From contig OZ024743.1 in assembly GCA_964016885.1 (NCBI GenBank), forward strand, positions 178,808,001 through 178,872,000: 64,000 bases of DNA, in the 5' to 3' direction. Positions 36,001 through 50,883 of this stretch are shown here, in pieces; position 1 is the stretch's first letter; each line of letters begins with the position of its first letter. Under the pieces are notes generated by a model. It worked only from the letters and a program-made list of their open reading frames with translations. It was not told where the DNA came from and searched no databases. The DNA is from Eledone cirrhosa. Lineage: Eukaryota. A program made the position numbers and the translations under genes.

Positions 36001-39000
36001 TCATCATCAACGACAACACCACCACCACAACCACTACCCCAACATCATCATCATCATCAACGACAATACCACCACCACAACCACTACCCCAACATCATCA
36101 TCATCATCAACGACACCACCACCACCACAACCACTACACCCAACATCATCATCATCAACGACACCACCACCACCACAACCACTACCCCCAAACACCATCA
36201 TCATCAACGACAACACCACCACCACAACCACTACCCCAACATCAGCATCATCAACGACAACACCACCACCACATCCACTACCCCCAAACACCATCATCAT
36301 CAACGACAACACCACCACCACAACCGCTAACCCCAACATCATCATCATCAACGACAACACCACCACTACAACCACTACCCCCAACATCATCATCATCAAC
36401 GACAACACCACCACCACAACCACTACCCCCAACATCATCATCATCAGCGACAACACCACCACTACAACCACTACCCCCAACATCATCATCAACAGCGACA
36501 ACACCACCACTACAACCACTACCCCCAACATCATCATCATCAACGACAACACCACCACCACAACCACTACCCCCAACATCATCATCATCAACGACAACAC
36601 CACCACCACAACCACTACCCCCAACATCATCATCATCATCAACGACAACACCACCACCACATGCACTACTCCAACATCATCATCAGCGACAACACCACCA
36701 CTACAACCACTACCCCCAACATCATCATCATCAACGACAACACCACCACCACAACCACTACCCCCAACATCATCATCATCAACGACAACACCACCACTAC
36801 AACCACTACCCCCAACATCATCATCATCAACGACAACACCACCACCACAACCGCTAACCCCAACATCATCATCATCAACGACACCACCACCACCACAACC
36901 ACTACCCCAACATCATCATCATCATCAACGAGATCACCACCACCACAACCACTACCCCAACATCATCATCATCATCAACGACAACACCACCACCACAACC
37001 ACTACCCCCAACATCATCATCATCATCAACGACAACACCACCACCACAACCACTACCCCCAACATCATCATCATCAACGACAACATCACCACCACAACCA
37101 CTAACCCCAACATCATCATCATCAACGACAACACCACCACCACATCCACAACCCCCAACATCATCATCATCAACGACAACACCACCACCACAACCACTAT
37201 CCCCCACATCATCATCATCAACGACAACACCACCACCACAAGCACTACCCCAACATCATCATCATCAACGACAACACCACCACCACAACCACTACCCATA
37301 ACATCATCATCATCAATGACACCACCACCACCACAACCACTACCCCCAACATCATCATCATCAACGACACCACCACCACCACAACCACTACCCCAACATA
37401 ATCATCATCAACGACACCACCACCACCACAACCACTATCCCCAACATCATCATCATCAACGACAACACCACCACCACAACCACTACCCCAACATCATCAT
37501 CATCAACGACAACACCACCACCACAACCACTACCCCCAACATCATCATCATCAACGACACCACCACCACCACAACCACTACCCCCAACATCATCATCATC
37601 AACGACAACACCACCACCACAACCACTACCCCAACATCATCATCATCAACGACAACACCACCACCACAACCACTAACCCCAACATCATCATCAACGACAA
37701 CTCCACCACAACAACCACTACCCCAACAACATCATCATCAACGAAAACAACACCACCACTACCACTAACCCCAACATCATCATCATCAACGACAACACCA
37801 CCACCACAACCACTACCCCAACATCATCATCATCATCAACGACAACACCACCACCACAACCACTACCCCCAACATCATCATCATCAACGACAACACCACC
37901 ACCACAACCACTACTCCCAACATCATCATCAACGACAACTCCACCACCACAACCACTAACCCCAACATCATCATCATCAACGACAACACCACCACCACAA
38001 CCACTACCCCAACATCATCATCATCATCAACGACAACACCACCACCACAACCACTACCCCAACATCATCATCATCATCAACGACAACACCACCACCACAA
38101 CCACTACCCCAACATCATCATCATCATCAACGACAACACCACCACCACAACCACTAACCCCAACATCATCATCATCAACGACAACACCACCACCACAACC
38201 ACTACCCCAACATCATCATCATCATCAACGACAACACCACCACCACAACCACTACCCCAACATCATCATCATCATCAACGACACCACCACAACCACAACC
38301 ACTACCCCAACATCATCATCATCAACGAAAACACCACCACCACAACCACTACTCCCAACATCATCATCAACGACAACACCACCACCACAACCACTACCCC
38401 AACATCATCATCATCAACGACAACAACACCACCACAACCACTAACCCCAACATCATCATCAACGACAACACCACCACCACAACCACTACTCCCAACATCA
38501 TCATCAACGACAACACCACCACCACAACCACTACCCCAACATCATCATCATCAACGACAACAACACCACCACAACCACTAACCCCAACATCATCATCAAC
38601 GACAACACCACCACCACAACCACTACCCCAACATCATCATCATCAACGACAACAACACCACCACAACCACTAACCCCAACATCATCATCAACGACAACAC
38701 CACCACCACAACCACTACTCCCAACATCATCATCAACGACAACTCCACCACCACGACCACTACCCCAACAACATCATCATCAACGACAACAACACCACCA
38801 CAACCACTAACCCCAACATCATCATCAACGACAACACCACCACCACAACCACTACTCCCAACATCATCATCAACGACAACTCCACCACCACGACCACTAC
38901 CCCAACAACATCATCATCAACGACAAATCCACCACCACGACCACTACCCCAACAACATCATCATCAACGACAACTCCACCACCACGACCACTACCCCAAC

Positions 39001-41100
39001 AACATCATCATCAACGACAACACCACCACCACAACCACTACTCCCAACATCATCATCAACGAAAACTCCACCACCACGACCACTACCCCAACAACATCAT
39101 CATCAACGACAACACCACCACCACAACCACTACCCCAACATCATCATCATCATCAACGACAACACCACCACCACAACCACTAACCCCAACATCATCATCA
39201 TCAACAACACCACCACCACAACCACTACCCCAACATCATCATCATCATCAACGACACCACCACCACCACAACCACTACCCCAACATCATCATCATCATCA
39301 ACGACACCACCACCACCACAACCACTACCCCCAAACACCATCATCATCAACGACAACACCACCACCACAACCACTACCCCAACATCAGCATCATCAACGA
39401 CAGCACCACCACCACAACCACTACCCCCAAACACCATCATCATCAACGACAACACCACCACCACAACCACTACCCCAACATCATCATCATCAAAGACAAC
39501 ACCACCACCACAACCACTACCCCAACATCATCATCATCAACGACAACACCACCACCACAACTACTACCCCAACATCATCATCATCAACGACGACACCACC
39601 ATCACAACACCTACCCCCAACATCATCATCATCATCAACGACAACACCACCACCACATGCACTACTCCAACATCATCATCAGCGACAACACCACCACTAC
39701 AACCACTACCCCCAACATCATCATCATCAACGACAACACCACCACCACAACCACTATTCCAACATCATCATCAACAACAACACCACCACCACAACCACTA
39801 CCCCCAACATCATCATCATCAACGACAACACCACCACCACAACCACTACCCCCAACATCATCATCATCAACGACACCACCACCACCACAACCACTACCCC
39901 AACATAATCATCATCAACGACACCACCACCACCACAACCACTATCCCCAACATCATCATCAACGACAACACCACCACCACAAGCACTACCCCAACATCAT
40001 CATCATCAACGACAACACCATCACCACAACCACTACCCCCAACATCATCATCATCAACGACACCACCACCACCACAACCACTACCCCAACATAATCATCA
40101 TCAACGACACCACCACCACCACAACCACTATCCCCAACATCATCATCAACGACAACACCACCACCACAAGCACTACCCCAACATCATCATCATCAACGAC
40201 AACACCATCACCACAACCACTACCCCCAACATCATCATCATCAACGACACCACCACCACCACAACCACTACCCCCAACATCATCATCATCAACGACAACA
40301 CCACCACCACAACCACTACCCCAACATCATCATCATCAACGACAACACCACCACCACAACCACTACTCCCAACATCATCATCAACGACAACACCACCACC
40401 ACAACCACTAACCCCAACATCATCATCAACGACAACACCACCACCACAACCACTACTCCCAACATCATCATCAACGACAACACCACCACCACAACCACTA
40501 CTCCCAACATCATCATCAACGACAACACCACCACCACAACCACTAACCCCAACATCATCATCAACGACAACACCACCACCACAACCACTACTCCCAACAT
40601 CATCATCAACGACAACTCCACCACAACAACCACTACCCCAACAACATCATCATCAACGACAACAACACCACCACAACCACTACCCCCAACATCATCATCA
40701 TCAACGACAACACCACCACCACAACCACTACCCCAACATCATCATCATCATCAACGACAACACCACCACCACACCACTACCCCAACATCATCATCATCAT
40801 CAACGACGACACCACCACCACAACCACTAACCCCAACATCATCATCATCAACAACACCACCACCACAACCACTACCCCAACATTATCATCATCATCATCA
40901 ACGACAACACCACCACCACAACCACTACCCCAACATCATCATCATCATCATCAACGACAACACCACCACCACAACCACTAACCCCAACATCATCATCATC
41001 AACAACACCACCACCACAACCACTAAGCCCAACATCATCATAATCAACGACACCCCCACCACCACAACACTACCCCCAACATCATCATCATCAACGACGA
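1..41100. repeat. 47/48-bp minisatellite array, roughly 860 units, continuing beyond the left edge of the window
   Basis: Continuous repetition of aacatcatcatcatcaacgacaacaccaccaccacaaccactacccc(c). Variants differ in C-run length (4/5), ATC copy number (3-6) and point changes. Unit count is estimated as length divided by unit size. Confidence 0.98.
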
Positions 41101-41400
41101 CACAAACAATAATGACAAGTGCAACAAGAACAGACAGCAACAACAACAACAGTAACAACAATAATAAGAACAATAATGAATGAAATGACAGCAACAGATG
41201 TCTTTTTATTGATTTTGATAAAGATTTTCCGATTCGCCACTCGCTAACAAAAACAACAAACAGTAAAAATTACATTAACAACAACAACAACATCAACAGC
41301 AGCAACATAATCAGCAACATCTCCAGTAGCAACAGCAGTAACAATGCATCAGCATCAACAACTGTAACGGTAAATTCAGTTACAACCTCAGCAATAACGT
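41101..41400. repeat. Degenerate (AAC/AGC/AAT) low-complexity tail of the array
   Basis: Runs such as caacaacaacagtaacaacaataataag and caacaacaacatcaacagcagcaac directly follow the last recognisable unit. Confidence 0.7.
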
Positions 41401-41537
41401 CAATTTGAAGTGTACTTACAAATATATCAGTGAGCGCAACCTGGCAGTCACCAACATTAAGCCAGCTAGTAATATCATATTTGTTAAAACAGATCTAATA
41501 CAATAACGGACATATAATTCAAGTAAACTAGAGGATA

Positions 41538-41733
41538 TAATAATAATTGTTTCTACTTTTGGCACAAGTCCAGCAATTAATTCCAGTGTATTACTGGTAC
41601 GTTATTTGATCGACCCTGTAAGGATGAAAGGCAGAGTTAACCTTGGTGTGATTTGAACTCAGATCACAAAGGGAGGTAGCTCTATGCTCCAACGCACGGT
41701 GTCCGACCCTCTACCGATACTGCCAATCCACCA
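41538..41733 (-). mobile_element. tRNA-derived SINE (family S), copy 1
   Basis: Minus strand reads ggtggattggcagtatcggtagagggtcggac (A-box-like), gagttcaaatc (B box), ctttcatccttacagggtcgatc...gtaccag central domain, and a tail cttgtgccaaaagtagaaacaattattatt. Confidence 0.85.
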
Positions 41734-41755
41734 CCACCAACACCACCAGAAGATA

Positions 41756-41951
41756 TAATAATAATTGTTTCTACTTTTGGCACAAGGCCAGCAATTACCA
41801 GTGTATTACTGGTACTTTATTTTATCGACCTCGTACGGATGGAAAGGCAAAATTAACCTCGGCCGGATTTGAACTCAGAATGGCAAGGGCCGTAACTCTA
41901 TACGTCAAAGCATGGCGTCCGACCCTCTACGGATACTGCCAATCCACCGCC
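41756..41951 (-). mobile_element. tRNA-derived SINE (family S), copy 2, full length
   Basis: Same layout as copy 1: head ggcggtggattggcagtatccgtagag, B box gagttcaaatcc, (ATT)n tail. Confidence 0.88.
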
Positions 41952-41962
41952 ATATATAGATA

Positions 41963-42062
41963 TAATAATAATTGTTTTTCCTCTGGCACAAGGCCAGCAA
42001 TTATTGTACATTACTGGTACTTTATTTTATCGACCCCGTAAGGATGAAAGTTAAAGTTAACC
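41963..42062 (-). mobile_element. SINE family S, 5'-truncated copy 3
   Basis: Only the tail and central domain are present (ggcacaaggccagcaatt...atcgaccccgtaaggatgaaag on the + strand). Confidence 0.8.
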
Positions 42063-42066
42063 TAGA

Positions 42067-42180
42067 ATAATTGTTTCTACTATTTGGCACGATGCCAGCA
42101 ATTACCCAGTACATTACTGGTACTTTTATTTTATCGACCCCGTAAGGATGAAAGGCAAAGTTAACCTCGGCCGGATTTAA
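42067..42180 (-). mobile_element. SINE family S, 5'-truncated copy 4
   Basis: Tail plus central domain, ending at the B-box region (cggccggatttaa on the + strand). Confidence 0.8.
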
Positions 42181-42439
42181 CCTATAATAATATCGTTGTA
42201 TTAGGAGGCAGAAATATTTTGTTCATGCCACCAAAATAAGGTGGAAAAATGTGATATCACGTATTGATACCTAGGTTTGAAAAAAACACTATATTTTTGT
42301 CGCATCGCCAGTCTGAAGAGCAGGCCGATAATGGGGTCGGGTCCAAACTTCTATGGTTGACCCTAAATAATCCTCTGCAAAAAGAGCGTCAAAGGTCACA
42401 ATAAAAATCTAAATACATGCAAACGAAATGTTATCGTTG

Positions 42440-42444
<5 letters not shown>

Positions 42445-42506
<62 letters not shown>
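42445..42506. repeat. (TA)n microsatellite
   Basis: Pure TA run. Confidence 0.95.
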
Positions 42507-42510
<4 letters not shown>

Positions 42511-42598
42511 ACAAGTATGACCCCGACTGCTAATTCTGGACTTTGGTGCGTTATAGTCCATCTGGTTCCTTACCACATTTCCTTCGTTATATAGGACC

Positions 42599-42644
<46 letters not shown>

Positions 42645-42648
<4 letters not shown>

Positions 42649-43959
42649 AAGAATTAGTATATTTACTAACATATATATACAGATGCATACCTATGCCAGC
42701 AAATATATAGGTTTTGTCTTAGTAACTTTGTGGTTCAATGCATGGGGATGCAGAACAATAATATGAGAGACGTAAAATAAGAAAAATATAAAAATTAACT
42801 TACTAAAATTTCACTCCAACTAATTAGTTTCTGAAAGGGAATAAACGTAGTTTCCGAAGAAACGTACGGAGAAGCATTTCGTCATCAGGAAAGTCTATTC
42901 TCAGCTAAGTTTCCAGGCAATACGTGGACACAGGGAACTTATACAAAAATAATTCAGTGGATGGAAAAAAGCAAAGCGTGGTCTAAGTCCCAAGCGATTG
43001 AAAAAAATCACTGCCTACTGCGTCGGTGGCAAATTCAAAAGAATCAATCACGTGACATCGAGGTCAATCAGTGAAGAGTGGTTTGTTAAGAAGACAGCTG
43101 CCGGACTGTTACTATGAACTATAGTAGCAGTTTTGGCCAATTTTGGCTCGACAAAATAATTTGGAGATAATTATAAAGAATTAGTATATTTGCTAACATA
43201 TATATACAGATGCTTACCTATGCCAGCAAATATATAGGTTTTGTCTTAGTAACTTTGTGGTTCAATGCATGGGGATGCAGAACAATAATATGAGAGACGT
43301 AAAAGACTTCCCTGATGACGAAAGGCTTCTCCGTACGTTTCTTCGGAAACTACATTTATTCCCTTTCAGAAACTAAGTAGTTGGAGTGAAATTTTAGTAA
43401 GTTAATTTTTATAATTTTCTTATTTTACGTCTCTCATATTATTGTTCTGCATCCCCATGCATTGAACCACAAAGTTACTAAGACAAAACCTATATATTTG
43501 CTGGCATAGGTAAGCATCTGTATATATATGTTAGTAAATATACTAATTCTTTATAATTATCTCCAAATTATTTTGTCGAGCCAAAATTGGCCAAAACTGC
43601 TACTATAGTTCATAGTAACAGTCCGGCTGCTGTCTTCTTAACAAACCACTCTTCACTGATTGACCTCGATGTCACGTGATTGATTCTTTTGAATTTGCCA
43701 CCGACGCAGTAGGCAGTGATTTTTTTCAATGGCTTGGGACTTAGTCCACGCTTTGCTTTTTTCCATCCACTGAATTATTTTTGTATAAGTTCCCTGTGTC
43801 CACGTATTGCCTGGAAACTTAGCTGAGAATAGACTTCCCTGATGACGAAAGGCTTTCCGTACGTTTCTTCGGAAACTACGTTTATTCCCATTCAGAAATT
43901 AATTAGTTGGAGTGACATTTTAGTAAGTAAGTTAATTTTTATAATTTTCTTATTTTACG

Positions 43960-43968
<9 letters not shown>
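42645..43968. mobile_element. Family A: palindromic Penelope-pLTR/retrozyme-like insertion of a 527-bp unit (two ~1.25-mer arms, head-to-head)
   Basis: tataaagaattagtat recurs at 42645 and 43172, and gacttccctgatgacg at 43305 and 43832 (period 527 in both arms). 43305-43968 is the reverse complement of the same unit in a different circular permutation. It carries CTGATGA...GAAAC and is flanked by (TA)n on both sides. Confidence 0.8.

Positions 43969-44034
<66 letters not shown>
43969..44034. repeat. (TA)n microsatellite
   Basis: Pure TA run. Confidence 0.95.
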
Positions 44035-44037
<3 letters not shown>

Positions 44038-44078
44038 CTTCCATATGCTGTACTGATTGTGTTGTTATTTCTGTTTAC

Positions 44079-44121
<43 letters not shown>

Positions 44122-44218
44122 CACCTTGATCACCTTGACCGACGAGTCTGGTCATAGCACGTGCTGTTTTAGCCATACAATGACGCCATCCCACTGGCTG
44201 TGCGGGCAGGCCGTAAAT

Positions 44219-44499
44219 CTAAAGTCTGTCTTTAGCCAGAAGGCTCATTTGGCCGGTGCTTATTCCGGTTTCATGCCGTGAAGCGACTGAGAGTACAAGA
44301 CTCCCCCCTCGACAGGACGCCAGTCCATTGCAGGGTTAAACCTCCAGCTATTGCTGGTACTCATTTTCAGCTGAGTAAACTGGAGCAACGTGAAATAAAG
44401 TGTCTTGCTCAAGAAAACAACACATCACCCGGTCCGAGAATTGAACTCACAAAATTTCGATTGCAAGACCAATGCTCTAACCACTAAGCCTTGCGCCTT

Positions 44500-44500
<1 letters not shown>
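44219..44500 (-). mobile_element. tRNA-derived SINE of a second family (CORE/Meta-like central domain)
   Basis: Minus strand: gaaggcgcaaggcttagtggttagagc (A box), gagttcaattc (B box), then cttgagcaagacactttatttcacgttgctccagtttactcagctgaaaatgagtacc. The domain name is from recall, not from alignment. Confidence 0.82.
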
Positions 44501-44540
<40 letters not shown>

Positions 44541-44735
44541 TCCGAAGGAAAGGCAAAGGAAAAAGAGTGCTCAATAACATCTCTGTCTGATGACCAATCC
44601 AGGCGTATATTAATATTGTCTGGAATCCAAAAACCTTTGGTAATGGAGTAGTTATATTTTGTGTTGTTCACAACGTTAACCTAATATATCCCTTCCATAT
44701 ACTGTACCGATTGTGTTTTTATTTCTGTTCACTTT

Positions 44736-44738
<3 letters not shown>
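44541..44738 (+). mobile_element. Family C HHR-bearing non-coding repeat, copy 1
   Basis: About 200-bp segment with an inverted copy at 50063-50240 and a short 3' fragment at 44035-44085; bounded by (TA)n. Confidence 0.72.
44581..44648 (+). ncRNA. Type I hammerhead ribozyme motif (family C), G12 mutated
   Basis: Stem I ctctgt/atggag, core CTGATGA (44587-44593), stem II tccagg/tctgga, AAAA in place of GAAA, stem III acc-ttt-ggt, cleavage triplet GTA. Confidence 0.65.
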
Positions 44739-44792
<54 letters not shown>

Positions 44793-44799
<7 letters not shown>

Positions 44800-45378
44800 A
44801 AGAATCAGAGAACTGTTCAAAACATTTTAGTGCTTACAGCTGTTTCCTCCAAACCGAAATTTGGATTCTTCGGAGCAATTTATTAATGAATGGAAAGTTA
44901 TATGACCTCCTTTTCAGCCAAGAGACATACAGATACATATGCAAATATTGTGGGTCAACATTCATTACAGCATTTAGAGTGGCAGTACACACTTCGAGAT
45001 TACATTCATATTAAAAGGTACAATCAAAAATCAAAAATACAGGTTAAAATACAACATGAAAATAAGCGGCTATATAGTGCAAATGTTATATGTGTGGCAA
45101 GCACGTGCGTCTTGTTTATATAGTGTGGCAGAGATTTACGTGTAGTAGGAGCACTTAGGTAGGTAAACAAGAGTGTTAGGTTGGTTGATCTGGTGGCAAA
45201 TTCTTTATATGATTGTTATAGTCTGTGTGTGGAGAAATGATATAAGCATTAAAAATAGTGCAAGCATTAAAAATATTATAAGTATTGGAAATACACAGCG
45301 AAGAGATGATAAGGACTTCATGTACTTCGACATTTTCATGGTCAGGGGAGTGTATTTTTCAGATTATATGCCCCTCAC

Positions 45379-45380
<2 letters not shown>
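44793..45380 (-). mobile_element. Family B Penelope pLTR-like non-coding segment
   Basis: Single-copy segment between two (TA)n tracts. The minus strand has a TATA-like tatataaac near 45115-45123 upstream of an HHR motif. Confidence 0.55.
44831..44877 (-). ncRNA. Type I hammerhead ribozyme motif (family B), core CCGAAGA
   Basis: Minus strand: tgct-CCGAAGA-a-tccaaa-tttcgg-tttgga-g-GAAA-cagctGTA-agca. Stem I tgct/agca, 6-bp stem II, short palindromic stem III, GUA triplet, and one core deviation (U4 to C). Confidence 0.72.
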
Positions 45381-45437
<57 letters not shown>

Positions 45438-45485
45438 GTATATATATATATGTATGTATATATATGTATATATATATATATATAT

Positions 45486-45561
<76 letters not shown>

Positions 45562-45568
45562 ATATATG

Positions 45569-45608
<40 letters not shown>

Positions 45609-45611
45609 TAC

Positions 45612-45663
<52 letters not shown>

Positions 45664-45690
45664 ATATATATATATATATACATATATATA
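45381..45690. repeat. (TA)n/(TATG)/(TACA) compound microsatellite
   Basis: Direct reading. Confidence 0.95.
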
Positions 45691-46278
45691 CTCATGGTCG
45701 GGTCGTTGGCGACTAAACTGGCAACCCCACCAAGGTTTCTTGGTGAGGAGGGTGACTTTGGACATCCTGCAGGACTAAAAACAAAACCTGTCAAAGGGCA
45801 AAGGAGCTCTTAAGAGTCAATGGCCATCCAAAATCACCGGGAGAGATGACCCCTTTAGCCTTAGTCAAGGCAGAATTCTAGGAGAAGGAAAACTCTGATA
45901 TAACACCTGCAACCCTGATGGTATCCAATGATGTTGACTTGTTCTTCTTTTTGGTAAATAGCATCTTGGTTAAGAGAGTGGGACTGGCTTTGTGCAGTGC
46001 CTTTGCTCACTATAAAAGCTTCACGGCACAGGCATTGCTTTATATCTGGAGATCTCTCTGCACTTGTCCTCACATGGGCCCAGCACTATGTGTCAATAAT
46101 TGTCCTACCATGGGCCTAGCACTATGTGTCAATGATTGTCACAGGTGTAGTGTTTGTACCAGAGGTTTCAAGTCGCTGGCTGGACTAAAAAGTCACACTC
46201 GTTCAGCGCTTCGGTAGGGGTTATCCTACATGGATGTAAAGTAGTGGCCGTACTCGAAAACGAGTTGGCAGCCACCAT
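45691..46278 (+). mobile_element. Non-autonomous RTE-like element (bipartite 5'UTR plus 3' end), copy 1
   Basis: The 3' part encodes a zinc-finger remnant [19 protein letters not shown] as at RTE ORF C-termini. It ends in the hairpin actcg-aaaa-cgagt followed by a (TA)n tail. A second copy lies at 48758-49352. Confidence 0.65.
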
Positions 46279-49352
<3,074 letters not shown>

Positions 49353-49354
49353 TA

Positions 49355-49389
<35 letters not shown>

Positions 49390-49454
49390 TATATATACAT
49401 ACATATATATATATACATATATATACATACATATATATATATATATACATATAT

Positions 49455-49553
<99 letters not shown>

Positions 49554-49705
49554 GAGCTCTGAAATAGCAATATATATATGGATGTATATATAATGTATTT
49601 TGCAATACACTTTATGCTTAATTAAAAGCATTTTGAAGACCGTATGCTATTGTTTTAGAGTAGTGACAAATTCACTTACTTTAATCTCAGCAAACAGGGG
49701 AGATA

Positions 49706-49751
49706 AGCCGACAAGGGCCTTGTTTCGCTTTTCTTGAAGCTTATCAAGGCT
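49706..49751 (-). ncRNA. Type I hammerhead ribozyme, family D (U3-A8 core)
   Basis: agcc-TTGATAA-gctt-caagaa-aagc-GAAA-caag-gcc-cttGTC-ggct. Confidence 0.85.
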
Positions 49752-49862
49752 AACTACCCCTCCTGTCTACTGAGATTACTGATGTTATATTCTTATAGAA
49801 TTCTAGTAAATAATCAGGAGCTGATTATACATCAGTAATCTCAGTAGACAGGGGGGGTAGTT

Positions 49863-49908
49863 AGCCTTGATAAGCTTCAACAAAAGCGAAACAAGGCCCT
49901 TGTCGGCT
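49863..49908 (+). ncRNA. Type I hammerhead ribozyme, family D (U3-A8 core), predicted cleavage after C49904
   Basis: agcc-TTGATAA-gctt-caacaa-aagc-GAAA-caag-gcc-cttGTC-ggct; all three stems pair. Confidence 0.87.
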
Positions 49909-50034
49909 TATCTCCCCTGTTTGCTGAGATTAAAGTAAGTGAATTTGTCACTACTCTAAAACAATAGCATACGGTCTTCAAAATGCTTTTAATTAAGCAT
50001 AAAGTGTATTGCAAAATACATTGTATATACATCC

Positions 50035-50062
<28 letters not shown>

Positions 50063-50068
<6 letters not shown>

Positions 50069-50240
50069 TCGGTACAGTATATGGAAGGGATATATTAGGT
50101 TAACGTTGTTAACAACACAAAATATAACTACTCCATTACCAAAGGATTCTGGATTCCAGACAATATTAATATACGCCTGGATTGGTCATCAGACAGAGAT
50201 GTTATTAAGCACTCTTTTTCCTTTGCATTTCCTTCGGAAG
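50063..50240 (-). mobile_element. Family C HHR-bearing repeat, copy 2 (HHR at 50131-50198)
   Basis: Reverse complement of 44541-44716. The core reads CTGATGA...GAAT-cctttgGTA, so A15.1 is mutated. Confidence 0.72.
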
Positions 50241-50276
50241 TACGTAACACACACACACACACCCACACACACGCAT

Positions 50277-50316
<40 letters not shown>

Positions 50317-50443
50317 GGATGTATATATAATGTATTTTGCAATACACTTTATGCTTAAATAAAAGCATTTTGAAGACCGTAAGCTATTGTTTTAAAGTAG
50401 TGACAAATTCACTCACTTTGATCTCAGAAAACAGGGGAGATAA

Positions 50444-50485
50444 GCCGACAAGACTTGTTTCGCTTTGGTTGAAGCTTATCAAGGC
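50444..50485 (-). ncRNA. Type I hammerhead ribozyme, family D
   Basis: gcc-TTGATAA-gctt-caacca-aagc-GAAA-caa-gtc-ttGTC-ggc. Confidence 0.82.
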
Positions 50486-50759
50486 CAACTACCCCACCTG
50501 TCTACTGAGATCATTGATGTTATATTCTTATAGAAATCTAGTAAATATTCAGGAGCTGATTATGCAGAGCGGTTGTTGGTCAGGCAGAAATTAAAAATTA
50601 GAATTGGAGCTCTGAAATAGCAATATATATATGGATGTATATATAATGTATTTTGCAATACACTTTATGCTTAATTAAAAGCATTTTGAAGACCGTAAGC
50701 TATTGTTTTAAAGTAGTGACAAATTCACTCACTTTGATCTCAGCAAACAGGGGAGATAA

Positions 50760-50801
50760 GCCGACAAGACTTGTTTTGCTTTGGTTGAAGCTTATCAAGG
50801 C
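50760..50801 (-). ncRNA. Family D hammerhead, probably inactive (G12 to A)
   Basis: The plus strand reads ttgttttgct where the other copies read ttgtttcgct, so the core has AAAA instead of GAAA. Confidence 0.75.
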
Positions 50802-50841
50802 CAATATATACATATACCTACATATATTGGCCAATATATTG

Positions 50842-50883
50842 GCCTTGATAAGCTTCAACCAAAGCGAAACAAGTCTTGTCGGC
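50842..50883 (+). ncRNA. Type I hammerhead ribozyme, family D, predicted cleavage after C50880
   Basis: gcc-TTGATAA-gctt-caacca-aagc-GAAA-caa-gtc-ttGTC-ggc. Confidence 0.82.

Larger units (their letters stand above)
49551..50034. mobile_element. Family D retrozyme-like palindromic insertion 1 (head-to-head arms, junction ~49829)
   Basis: 49829-50034 is the reverse complement of about 49579-49784. Each arm carries an HHR; (TA)n lies on both sides. Confidence 0.85.

Noticed and set aside
1-41100. CRISPR-like or telomeric array
   Set aside because: There are no unique spacers between units and no TTAGGG-type motif; the context is eukaryotic satellite DNA.
320-41194. Many poly-V/M/L and GGSGCGGG..DDDD ORFs on the minus strand
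   Set aside because: Direct translations of the minisatellite, broken wherever a 47-bp unit occurs; no unique coding sequence.
42310-42362. Fifth hammerhead candidate (CTGAAGA...ccga/tcgg...CAAAC...GTT)
   Set aside because: G12 is missing and no convincing stem I forms; at best a decayed pLTR remnant.
44420-44500. tRNA gene
   Set aside because: A and B boxes are present but run straight into a SINE body; no full cloverleaf. The same applies to the family S heads.
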